Below, piece by piece: positions 1-12,057 of a DNA stretch of 64,000 nucleotides (positions within the stretch are counted from its first letter, which is position 1; the number at the start of each line of letters is the position of its first letter). The stretch is from Octopus sinensis (lineage: Eukaryota): the NCBI RefSeq assembly GCF_006345805.1, contig NC_042998.1, positions 98,146,001 through 98,210,000 of the forward strand, written 5' to 3'. The position numbers were made by a program, and so were the translations under genes. The notes below the pieces were generated by a model, which did not search any database, was not told where the DNA came from, and saw only the letters and a list, made by a program, of their open reading frames with translations.

Positions 1-339
1 TAAGCACCTATATTTCTGCTAACATTTCTTGAACAAGCAAGTTTAGGAAATACATATGGGATAAATATGCATTAAGCAGAAGATTAATAAATATCCTGAT
101 TTCTGAGTTTTTAAGGAAAGAAGCTTTCTTTGTCAAAATGCAGTAGTAATTTGTGTACTATATTGTGGCATACAACTTGAGTTTTTCAGGTAAAAATTTA
201 TGTCCAAAAAAGGTAGGTCAACTTATACACAAAGACCACTTTGGAGGACCAAAAATTCTATGTGAAATGCAACAGAATTTGGAAAGAGAATAACAAATGT
301 TCATCAAATGTTCTTATCCACACCAATTCAACCAATCAC

Positions 340-1205
340 ACCTCCTTTCTATGATTTCAGCCATTGCCTTTTTCCTTTCTCCGCTATACATCTATAAACC
401 ATTCTAAACACCTTTCTTTTCTGCAATCATTATCAATATCTTCCCATATCTACTGTCATAACTCACATATGCTCCTTAAACATCCCTATCTCTTCCTCCC
501 ATCAGTTCCTACACCTTACACATCAGTCTACTTCTGTTCTCCTTCCTCAGTCACTCCTATATCTCCCACATTACTCCTCTGCATACTGGTATTTCTCAAC
601 ATCTGTACCCCAACTCTTGGTCTTCACTCAACTACAATAACCTTCTTCCACCAATTTATTCCTTCCACACTATTATGAAAGCATCCACTCTCATCCCCTC
701 CCATGATCTGCCATCCTTGTCTTCTATGCTCAACTTCTTGTTCTTTGAGAGTTTGCTCTAGCACCTATACAGAGAAGATATATGGCCAGAGGAACCATAT
801 ATCTTCTCTTATTTCCTTCAGCCATATATCTTCTCTACAGCAAGAGACCAGTGTATGTCTATCAAGCGTACTTCAGCCTTTCAGCACCTGGCATACAGCC
901 ATTCATCTTCAACTTCCCCTCCCAAATATTTCTTCTTAGTAGTGGGAGCTTTTTCCTCCCTTTCCTTTTCCTCCTCTGTTCTTTTCTGTCTTCCAAGTTA
1001 CATGGCAATTTCACCAGTGTCAGTGACACAAAAAGAGCACCCAGTAGACTGTAAAGTAGTTGGCAATAGGAAGGGCATCCGATTATAGAAACCATGCCAA
1101 AGATGACGTTGGGGCTTGACAAAGCCCTGCAGCTCAGTGGCTCCTTGTTAAACTTTCCTACCTATGCAAACATGGAAAATGTATATTAAATGATAATAAT
1201 GATGA
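340..1205 (+). mobile_element. Degenerate 3'UTR/tail remnant of an RTE-type LINE (long C/T-rich UTR plus conserved tail)
   Basis: The pyrimidine-rich tract ends in GTAGTTGGCAATAGGAAGGGCATCC...AGAAACCATGCCAAA...CATGGAAAATGTATATTAAATGATAATAATGATGA. The same tail architecture occurs at 3620-3795 and 41950-42178. The left boundary is approximate. Confidence 0.6.
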
Positions 1206-2669
1206 CTGAAAAATACAGTAATCCCTTTACTTATATCAGCTTGAAGAAAAATACATTCTATAATTGTTTTTGTTGTTAATGAAAATAGGGATAATGCAAA
1301 TGATGATGATGGAGGAGATTCTGTTGAGGCCAACACTGATGATATTAGGACTAATAATGAAACTGATGGCAATGATGATAAATTACAAGTAGACAGCAAA
1401 TGTCTAACAGGTGAAGAGAGTATTTCTTTTTTTTTTTTTTTTTGAAATTTCAAGTAATTCTTTATGAATCATCTTACATCCTGTACTGTTTTCAAGTTAT
1501 AATTGGCCTATAAATCGTTCTCCACAATATTTTAACAGATTTTATACAAATCCCTATTTGTATCCCTTTAAAGATAGTTATCAAGTAAAAGAAAATAGCA
1601 CCTGGCAGGATTATCATCTGTAAAGCAGTATAAAAGTATAAATACAGCATGCACACATAAAATGAAGTAAACAGTCAATGATTCAAATAAGACTTTTTTT
1701 TTCGTGCTGTTTTACATCCATAAAATAGCAATAATTCTTGTTTTTAAGCAAGTAGGAAATGATTCAGAAAATTACTATTTTTTGTATTTTGTTTTTCGTT
1801 TTTTTTTTTAGGTAATGGAAGTGTGAAATGGAAAGAAAGAGAAATGATGGACAGATTTAAAGGATTAATGACAGGAATTAAGTTATATCATTTCAAGATA
1901 TTTACCTTCCGTATTGATACTCTGCATATACAAGGTTCCAATACTACATTCGAGGCATTTGCTGTCATCTTGCAGAGGAAACAAAATTGGCAACCCCATT
2001 TTACACAGTTATTTGCAAGTTCAACTCTGAAAAATAAAATGAATAAATAAATATTATATATATATGTGGGGGGGGGAAGGAAACACTGAATTTTTACATT
2101 TTATGAACAAAAAGGTTAAATAAAAAAAATGAAATGCATCAACTTCATTTGCCAAGTATCTGAACTTTAAGAAATGAGGGTGAGTACAAAATGGAGAAGA
2201 AAACATTGAGAAAATTATTTATTTTATGTAGAATAATCCATATCCGTTCATTTACTGCTGAATATTATCCATAGCAGCATATTCTTGAATCCTGGTGAAA
2301 TAAAGTAGAAAGGGCAAATAGATAATGGTATTTTTTCTTTGGGTGTAATTTCAGTACCAGAATTTGAACTTGTAATCTTTATGTCAATAGCAAAGAACTT
2401 TCTCCAGTTAGCTAAGTCATGACTTTTGCTTGAAAAACATATAACATAGGAACATGTTTGTTATACAGGTTATCTTTTCTATTTTTCTGACATCTTTTAC
2501 CAAATGTTGTATTAAGAATATATTATGTAATTGATTTTTTTTTTTTTTGGTTAGTTTTAATTAGCAATTCTAATGATTGCAAATAATTCCAGTAACTTAG
2601 AAATATACCGTATGTTATATGAGATAGCAATACAAATAAATTTCTTCCAAGAAACATAAATAACAATGC

Positions 2670-3795
2670 TGACAGCTGAGGACATGCGTAAGCTCGTGAG
2701 GAACGAAGCCAGTATGCTCCGATGGATGTGTAATGTCAGTGTACTTACTCGACAGAGCGTTAGTACCTTGAGAGAAATGTTGTACCTAAGAAGCATCAGT
2801 TGTTGTGTGCAAGAGACGATTGCGCTGGTATGGTCATGTGGCGAGAATGGATGAAGAGAGGTGTGTGAGAAAGTGCCAATCCCTAGCAGTTGAGGGAACC
2901 CGTGGAAGAGGTAGACCCAGGAAAACCTGGGACGAGGTGGTGAAGCACGACCTTCGGACGTTAGGTCTCACCATGGAATGACTAGAGACCGAGACCTATG
3001 GAAGTATGCTGTGCGTGAGAAGACCCGGCAAGACTAGTGAAGCCATAATCCGTGGCCCCTACCTGGGACGTAGTCAGTCCACCTGTGCATACCTTCCTTC
3101 TTGTGACACTTGTGAAGACCTGTTGAGGCAAGTGAGAATCGAATCGAATCGTATCAAATCAAATCGAACCAAATCAAAATAGATGAACATCAATGGAATT
3201 TGTATCCTTGTGGTACCAGTGCCGGTGGCACATAAGAAAACCATCCGAACGTGACCGTAGCCAGTACCGCAATGACTGGCCTCCGGCTGAGGGCACGTAA
3301 CAAACACCATCCGAGCGTGGCCGTCCGCCAGCCTCGTCTAGCACCTGTGTCGGTGACACATAAGAAAACACCATCCGAGCGTGGCCGTCTGCCAGCCTCG
3401 TCTGGCACCTGTGTCGTGGCACATAAAAAACACCATCCGAGCGTGGCCGTCTGCCAGCCTCGTCTGGCACCTGTGTCGGTGGCACATAAAAAACACCATC
3501 CGAGCGTGGTCGTCTGCCAGCCTCGTCTGGCACCTGTGTCGGTGGCACATAAAAAACACCATCCGAGCGTGGCCGTCTGCCAGCCTCGTCTGGCACCTGT
3601 GTCGGTGGCACATAAAATCACCCACTACACTCTCGGATTGGTTGGCGTTAGGAAGGGCATCCAGCTGTAGAAACACTGCCACATCTGACTGGCCTGGTGC
3701 AGCCTTCGGGCTTCCCAGACCCCAGTTGAACCGTCCAACCCATGCTAGCATGGAAAGCGGACGTTAAACGATGATGATGATGATGATGATGATGA
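2670..3795 (+). mobile_element. 5'-truncated RTE-clade LINE (RT C-terminus with frameshifts, 3'UTR, (GAT)n tail)
   Basis: TAEDMRKL.RNEASMLRWMCNVSV and downstream GRGRPRKTWDEVVKHDLRTLGL match the intact copy at 60923-61909. The 3'UTR is homologous to 58628-59248, and the element ends GCGGACGTTAAAC(GAT)n. Confidence 0.92.
3302..3617 (+). repeat. ~63-bp tandem repeat x5 inside the RTE 3'UTR
   Basis: CACCATCCGAGCGTGG starts at 3305, 3369, 3431, 3494 and 3557. Confidence 0.95.
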
Positions 3796-3832
3796 AATTT
3801 ATTAAAATCGAACTGCTTTTGAGATGTCTATT

Positions 3833-3863
<31 letters not shown>

Positions 3864-6800
3864 AAACAGAAGAGAAGAACGTGGGAGTTAAAGAAACAAC
3901 TTAAAATCAATGCCTCAGTATATTCTGGGAATCTCTCCAATTCCAACAAATTCCATTTTTCCTTTCTCTTTGAAATTACCAAAAGAAATTTAGATTCTCT
4001 TCATGTCAATGGTTTTCTATTTACCAGCCTCTACTCTTACATCATGACCTGATAATAACCAATACAAAAACAGCATTTGCTATCTTGCCTGTAGTCACAC
4101 TTATTGAACTGAACTTGGGATAAACTCATGAAGAAAGTACACCCACACACAGGCATAAAAAATTAGATTTTCTTAGGGCTTACTAATACTTGGTTACTGG
4201 ATATGTTTATTCAATACACTAGTTCCAACTAATTGTTTTATTTTCCAATATGTTATGCAAGCTTTCAATACTTTGTGCATCTCTCTCTTTCTCTCCCACT
4301 CTCCTTTTTGCAAGCATGAAATGGTTAAGTCTGCTGTTCTAACATCATCTGAGCCTATCTACTTACTGCCTTCTTTGTTCTATCTCTGTATGCCATCAAA
4401 CATTACTTTTTCTTTACACAAATAGCATCCTCAGTTCTCTTTACAAGTTCTTCTCTTAATCAGCAATCATTTCTCTGTCAGTAATCAATGCCTCTTACAA
4501 TTAAACACTTTCTCAAGTTGTCTACACTGAACTTATCTTAATCTTTCACACATATTCTGCGGATTGCGCTCACGCTATTCTTCATAAGTTATAGTCAATC
4601 TTTTAATTATATGAAGCATTGCATAGTAAATGAATTAATATATTTTTTATAAGTAAAAAGTCTTGCTGTGAAGTAATTTTGGGGGTTAAGGGCCTAAGGC
4701 TCCCATAGTAAGTCATATATAGACAATGATTACAGCTTGATCATAGAGAAAATGCTATGATGGAATTTTGGAAATATTTGAATATGAATCTTTCAAAAGA
4801 GCCACTGTAAAATTGCCCAGTCATGCATAATAAATCAAAGTGTAGTACAGTTTTCTTTCTTCAAATAAGTTCATGTTCTGAAACTCCATTAGGGAAATTG
4901 TTATCAGCAATAAAATAGAGAACATAGAGAATAAAGGAGAAAGATAGAAACAATATTTAACTAGATTAGTATATTAGTACAGAGCTTTTTTTTCTGCTTT
5001 GTTTTTAAAATCTATATCATAAAGTGGGTGGCTGCAGTCAGACTGTAACAAAAAATGTTATGGACTTTGTGTAGGAAGTATAAAAGCTACACAATGCTGA
5101 GAAGGTAAAAAAAAAAACCATCATACATCTGGGAAAATATGTAGCTGATTTGAAACAAGACAGAAGAATGAACAACATTGTTTTCTAGGATAGACAATAA
5201 ACCTGGTCATATGCAAGGGTGAGAAGCAAAGAGCTATTATTTCCATAGAGAAACAGGTGACTGTTTTCTTGTAGACTCTTAGTCTTAGACATGAGGTAAA
5301 AATATTAATAGAGGTATGTTAATCTATCCTTCAAGAAATAAAAAAGGAATAATATTATTTACAACTAGGAAGCACAAAATAACATTTCACAAACAAATCA
5401 GTTAAAGGGATCAGACATTTTCCTTTGACAATGTAGACATTGCCACAAAGGCTTGATTTTTGAAAGACAGAGGATGATACAAGCTACATGGATAACAAAA
5501 CTTTTACAAAACCTAACAGAAAAAGCTAAAGTGCTGATCAATAGAAATAAGGAAGAATTAGACAAATACTAGTGAGACTAAAAGAACAATACATCAAAGT
5601 GAAGTATAATAATCTCAAATGGAATGAATACTCTACATACAACTGTGAATTGTCCTGACAGAAGTCATTCATCTCTATTTAGAGATAGTGATGAACAACA
5701 AACAAGGATTAAAGAATATGAAACAATGTGCATGAAAATTTTTAAATGCATTGATTACAAATTTCAGAATATGGACAATGTTAATGAGTAGGAAAATAAT
5801 CTCTTCAATGGTATCAGCTGAAAGTACACAGATGACCAGTTTAACTTGAAGGTTAAGAGAGATCATAACATCAATTACAATCAAACTCAATCTGAATTTT
5901 AGATCATCTAGACAAGATCTCAAGATCCTATGAATATTTGATAAGCCATACCATATGTAACCCAAACTCAAAAACAATACTAGTGCTGCCATCTCAACTT
6001 TTGTTTATAATAATAATTAAAAGTGAATTTAGATAAGTGAAGAACATGTGAAAACATTAAAGAAGTATCACTGATACAGCTGTGATAATTGCTCCTTCTT
6101 TAGAGATATCAAAAAGTACCATATATTTGTTGGTTCAGTTTTATTTTTCAGTCAGTCACATTGAACAATGTTAAAATAATTTTAATACAGAAAAATGATT
6201 AACATGCTGAAGAACATAAAAGCATGGCAAAACCAGTTGCTTTCATTCTGTCTGTGATTTTAGTCTGAATATTTGTTACATGTAATCAAGCTTGTTGCTA
6301 TTATAAAAAATGTAAGATGACTAATATCATGAGGGTATATAAGAATAAATATTATATGTGAGAATAATAAAAGCAATATTAAAAGTACACTGTGTGTTAA
6401 ACAGTATTATTAGAAATGAATATTCAAGTTTAAGTGTTTTATAACAATATGACCATAAATATATTTAAAAAGTTTGAATTTACACCATTATGAAGAGTAA
6501 GTGTATTTCACTCTGTGCAGTGAATTTGTGGAATGGTTTGGATGTGAAACTGAATTACAAACATTATTCATGTAAATGGTATGGGAATGAGAAAGGGCTG
6601 GGATAATTAAGCTATTTATTTTATTGACACCAGGTGGATAGTTGGGTCATGTATAAAACTGGGGTAATTGTTTATAAACTGCAGATACAAGTTAATGGAG
6701 ACGTAATTTTAAAGGAGATAAGAATAAATAAGCATATGCTTCTTCCTACTCCTTTTCAAACCTGTAGTATTTGATTTGTGTTATGAAAATTAGTTTATTT

Positions 6801-8232
6801 TGGCATATAGTTTCACTGTTTAATTATTTTATTGTTAGCTATATTTGTTAATGTTTTTTTTTATCTTTTTTATGTATTCCAAACTTTTTTTTTTAATCTT
6901 CCTAATTTTAAGTTTTACTAGATTTAGAAGAGCTGCTATCACCATCACTCAAGCTGTTGCTATAAAATATCTCTGTCAGCTTCTTTCAAAAGGCATAAAG
7001 GAAATGTCAAGAAGAAAATAAAGCTATAAAAACGTGCACAGGAAAATAGGAAGTAATGTCAAAAACTGACAATGGTGTAACCCATTCACATTAACACAAG
7101 CAGAATATAATTGAAAAAGTTAGATATTGCAAATAACAGAATATATCCTCCAAACAATAAATTGCACTATTAGAAAGCAGCAACATTAAAATAACAGAGA
7201 AAAAGTTATACATTAGGTGCTGGGAAAAATAAATACACGACAAATTCCAATTAATTTTGTAATATTTCCTGTTATAAGAGAGTAGCTTTTTGTGGGTGAG
7301 GAGGGGAATATCCGGTTGAATTAAATTTCTTCAACAGTATTGCTTGCGCCAATAGAGATTGATAGAGATCGTGCAGTTTCAGCAAAAAGATGGATAAAAC
7401 TACTAAAGTTTTAACTTAATATTATATTTGTACTGGGACAAGAATTTATTCAATTGAATCAACCCTCACTGTATTACTCCCTATTTTATTAACTCCCAGG
7501 TCATCACAATTCATGGACAACACAAAATCCTTTCAATCACTACAAATTCTAGGCCTTACAATTTTTGATGACTTCTGATGACAATAACATATCTACAACA
7601 CTGAAAACTGCATCCTTTTTCAAGGTAAGAAAATACTTCAGCTCTCATCAGTTTCTGACCACAACTAGAATTCTGAAGTGCAACCAGTACAATAGACTAC
7701 TGTTTATATGAGAGATTACAAGTTCCTACATACAAACATTCTTGAGCAAATCTATAAAAAATGGCATTCAGAAGTTTCATTAACCAACAAGTCTATAACC
7801 ACAAACTTTCAGAAATTCAAACTAAACTAACCCAATCGACTCTTAATAAAAGACAACTTATGTAAGTGATGAACATAATGCTAATTCCTTTCCTACAACT
7901 ATGTCAGCAAACTAAAAATATTTACAAGATATCATAGTTGATGAAGACAAGTAATAAAGTCAATAGCTTGATTTTAATTATAAGTGGAAAGCTACAATAC
8001 CTTAACTCAACTCCCGTACTCCTCCATCAGGGATTTAGTTAAACTTACAAGATATACATGAGGTTTATTATTGTTTTTATATGTTTATTCATATTGTCAT
8101 GGATTGATATGAATATGCAGCATAAAATATCAGTAAACTTTCTGAATTTTGATGAAGATGAATGACTGCTATCCAAGCTGGAGATGGAATAATTTTCTTT
8201 GAACTATGCTATAAGCATAGTTAAAAAAAAAT

Positions 8233-8590
8233 TATCAAAAAGTTCTCAGACTAGTTCCGTAGTGAACCAACAGATGGCAGTACATGGTTGCATGTGCAGT
8301 GAGAGCTAGCAGTGACCTTCATGAGGCAGTGTACCAAGTTACATTGTTGTGTTTACTTCAAAAGTTGTGAAATTCGAGTTTTTGTGATCAAGTGTACACT
8401 GTAGTCTGTGATTTTGTCATGGACAGGGACAAAGAGCCAACATGAAACTGTGTGTTAAACTTGGGAAGTCTACTAGAGACATTGAGCATGCTTTAGCAAG
8501 TTTATGGCAATGAGGCAATGAGTTGTACGCAATGTTTCAAGTGGCACGGGCACTTCAAAAGTGGAAGAATGTACCCTGGAAGAAGATGTT
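8233..8590 (+). mobile_element. mariner-family transposon 5' fragment (TIR remnant plus decayed N-terminal HTH of the transposase)
   Basis: It begins TATCAAAAAGTTCTCAGACT (TIR-like). From ATG 8419 the frameshifted translation ..MKLCVKLGKS..MLxQVYGNEAMSCTQCFKWHGHFKSGR resembles the mariner N-terminus (KFCxKLGKSATETxxML..YG..A.SR..VFEWHxRFK.GR). Confidence 0.8.
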
Positions 8591-8644
8591 TACACCATAA
8601 TGTGAAGATGAAGTGATGTGTGTATGCATACACACACTCATCCA

Positions 8645-8805
8645 CACTGGGCTTTTTTCAGTTTCTGTCTATCAAATTCAGTCACAAATCTGCCTGGAGC
8701 CATAGTAGCAGATACCTGTTAAAGGTGTTGTATAGTAAAGCTGAACTTGAAACCACCTACTTGGGAAGTAAGCCTCTTAATTACACAGCTATGCTTGTGC
8801 CTGTA
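8645..8805 (-). mobile_element. Degenerate tRNA-derived SINE head (same family as 32863-33327)
   Basis: TTTCAGTTTCTGTCTATCAAATTCA...GCCATAGTAGCAGATAC...TAATTACACAGCTATGC matches the reverse complement of the 32863 SINE. Confidence 0.6.
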
Positions 8806-10536
8806 GCCAGGAAAACAATGTAAACATACTGGCTGTGAGAAACCCAAATGTTATTACATTTTTAAGAATTTAGAAAAATCCTTGAAAACATGAACGATGA
8901 TCAGTTTTGTAATATATAGGAGTCATCAAAGATTATGGCCACTGTCCAGCTTTTTTTTTCTTATATGACTAAAAACAGGTAATATTTAGTAACTATTACA
9001 ATTTTCATGATACTGGACATTTCCAACAATGATTTACTAACATTCAAAATAAGATGATAATATGTTTTATAAGCAACTATCTCTTTCTTTCCATATACAT
9101 TACTTATATAGCTGCATACATATGTATTCTTTCAATGTAACCAACATATAATATAAAAGTAAACATCCTGTTCATAACTCATTCAAATCTAACCTGATTT
9201 ATAAGCTTATCAATTGTCTAACTATACTAAGTTGTAACAGCATTGTATTAGTTATTGATTACCAAGTCTATAAACTGAGTTCTCCAATAACCAGATTGAT
9301 TCATAAGTTAGTGTAAAAATAGATCAATCTTGCTGAATGATTTATTTACTGTTAAATATTGCTATATTTGCCACATGCTTACATAATACATCACTCTATA
9401 TTAACTTTTTGTGTATACATCTAGTATTAAGTAACAATACTCCCTCCTTTCAATGCTTAATTACTAGCATCACAATTAATGACTAGTCAAGTGGGTTTAG
9501 TAAGAGTTTCAAGTTACCTTATAAGCAAGTGTTTATTTCAGTCAAGATGGTAGCTAATTAAGGGTTAGTAAACAAATCAGCAAGAGGAAATTAAACTGAA
9601 CAGCTATCCATGTAATGCCAGCAAAACAAAATTATCAATAAATATGAACACGCATAATTGTCTCTTTGTAGTCATTCTAGATTGTTCTCAGCCAGTCCCG
9701 ATTGAGTAGACTTCAGCTGGAGAATCTTAATTTTTCTAGGTATCGTTTTTTTCACTAAATTACACTGAATGTGCTTAAGAAGACTTAGAAAAGTTGAGTG
9801 AAGACTAACAGTCAAGTAAAATCTAACAAGTTTCTTCTTAGTAGCCACTGAAAGAAATGTTGACATTGTTTATAAAAATCCTTTTGATTTTATGTTGATG
9901 CAGTAATCATTATTAATAATGATAGAGATGTTATACATTGTTACTAAAATGTGTGTGTGTATGTGTGTGTAATGTAATCACTACAACAAGATTTGTATAA
10001 AGTCTATCTTTTGGTAAATCTGTGATCAGCCTACCATACCCCACACACTGCAAATTGAGATTTGTTGGGAAAGGGATTGGTCTATAGTCATGAATTTTTG
10101 CAAACTCACAGACTGATAAAACTGATGTGGTTAATATTGCTCTTGACCACTTGCAGAAGAGACAGCATGTAAAAGGGATGTAGAAGTGAACAAGTTCATG
10201 ACAACCAATCAGGTAGTCCTTTTTGTTTTAATGCAGTGTGTGTGTGTGGGGGGGGGGGGGGGAGCAGCACCATTTTAGATTTTGGGAGCAGTACCTCACT
10301 GTAAGCCTCACATGAGCTTAGTAGAAAATTAGTAGCAGATGTGGGCTGATATATTTTTGGTCCTGAAGTGGGGTCAGTCTTTGCAATGCAGTCATTGCTA
10401 TTTCGAATTGCCAAATATTGAAGGCCAATCACAAAACACTGGTCCTTACAAAGATGATAGAAGACCAAGATATGTGACACATTACTGTACTCAAGAAGAC
10501 CCATCCACCACAACAGAATTGAGATCCTAAAACCAA

Positions 10537-11123
10537 GGTGCCATGCAACAAGCACTGCTGCTGGCGCCACGCAACAAGCACTGCTGCTGGCACCACGCAA
10601 CGAGAAAACACTGCTGTTGGCGCCACACAAGAAAACACTGCTGCTGGTGCCACACAAGAAAACACTGCTGCTGGTGCCACACAAGAAAACACTGCTGCTG
10701 GTGCCACGCAAAAGAAAAACACTGCTGCTGGTGCTACACAAAAGAAAACACTGCTGCTGGTGCCACGCAACAAGAAAAACACTGCTGCTGGTGCCACGCA
10801 ACAAGAAAAACACTGCTGCTGGTATCACACAAACAGCACTGCTGCAGGTGTCACACAAACAGCACTGCTGCTGGTGTCACACAAACAGCACTGCTGCTGG
10901 TGTCACGTAAACAGTACTGCTGCTAGTGTCACACAAACAGCACTGCTGCTGGTGTCACACAAACAGCACTGCTGCTGGTGTCACACAAACAGCACTGCTG
11001 CTGGTGTCACACAAACAGCACTGCTGCTGGTGTCACACAAACAGCATTGCTGCTGGTGTCACACAAACAGCACTGCTGCTGGTGTCACGTAAACAGTACT
11101 GCTGCTGGTGTCACATAAAAAGC
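10537..11123. repeat. Minisatellite, ~21.5 units of 26-31 bp (GGTG(C/T)CAC...CACTGCTGCT)
   Basis: Units parsed directly: two of 26 bp, eight A-rich units of 27-31 bp, eleven of 26 bp (GGTGTCACACAAACAGCACTGCTGCT), then a partial unit GGTGTCACATAAAAAGC. Confidence 0.97.
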
Positions 11124-11832
11124 TTTAAGTTTCCTATGTGTGTAGTCTATGGAAGGACATGTCTCAGGATAATTTCAATTAACTGCTTAACTGTTATTTA
11201 AAGAGTCAGGAGTGAACCAGATGTGCTTGCTATAAGGAAAAGCTACCATAAATAAACTGGCTGACCTCAAAACAGTGAAGAGCACAACATATGTGGATGT
11301 GTAATGGTTCATCATGGTAAGGCAATGTTCAAATAACCAAATAGAAAGAAAATCAGTGATAGTTTGGTGTAGGATGAGTTTGGCAATGAGAAAGAGATCA
11401 AAGATATTTAGAAGATATATATTAGTCAGGGATGTATGTAAAGGACAAAAGCAAACTGATGCAGAAAGTTAATGATTGCAAAAGGCTCAGTTTCTGCACC
11501 AACAGTGTCAGTTTGGAAAGAGTGTGAAAAGTTGTGGACATTCTTGACACAGGAAGAGGTGATCAAAAAGTTATAGAGGATCTTCAGAGAGAACAGTAGA
11601 GAAAGTAAATGTATTCAGGAAGATATTTTGCATTTAGTAAGAGACAATGTATTGGGTCTAAAGCAGATCAGAGTCAATGCATATGAGAAGATGAAGAAAT
11701 GAATTTAGCATTTTTGACTTTAAGAAGAGTATAGGAAGTGTTAATGCACTGTGTCATCACAATAAACCCCAGCTGAACATGTAGTTTGAATGCTTGCAAC
11801 GAAACATTCTTTGCAAATGGCATCCATAGGCA

Positions 11833-12057
11833 TTAACTCTAGCATTTAAACCAGCTATATCTGGCCCAAATATTCAACCTGCTTATGTTCAAACTGACCA
11901 GATCTAGCCTCTCATACCAACTCTAAAATGTCATTCTAAAAATAAACAATCACATCATTAAAATCTAAAAGCCATGAGATACTTCATGATTAATTCAAAA
12001 CAATGTGAATAAATAAGCATTACATTTGACAGAGTAATGTGAATGCTAAAGGGTTAT
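11833..12057. mobile_element. piggyBac-like MITE
   Basis: The right end is AATGCTAAAGGGTTA. The left end TTAACTCTAGCATT is a decayed inverse (TTAACCCTTTAGCATT), giving TTAA-type termini around a ~225-bp non-coding body. Confidence 0.55.

Noticed and set aside
190-300. Similarity to 26040-26130 (AAAAAGTAGGTC(A/G)ACTT.TA.AC)
   Set aside because: Probably old pogo/Tigger-like fragments, but I could not define ends or TSDs well enough to annotate.
3074-3767. Overlapping 128-145 aa ORFs on both strands
   Set aside because: They arise from the stop-poor 63-bp tandem repeat in the LINE 3'UTR; the peptides are simply periodic.
4025-4048. 24-nt minus-strand microexon (TATCAG|GTCATG...GGCTG|GTAAAT)
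   Set aside because: The pyrimidine tract is weak, and its only open phase leads to a stop if spliced to the 1906-2026 candidate. No independent support.
3771-4052. ORF starting with poly-Met
   Set aside because: It is a translation of the (GAT)n LINE tail plus a (GA)n tract.
5100-6000. Possible very old LINE RT (YTDD-like at ~5825)
   Set aside because: Too degenerate; no second motif could be confirmed.
10196-11201. Cys/His- or Ala/Thr-rich ORFs up to 220 aa (mucin-, antifreeze- or metallothionein-like look)
   Set aside because: All frames on both strands are open because the unit lacks stops. Unit lengths of 26, 29 and 31 bp break frame, so there is no sign of coding constraint.
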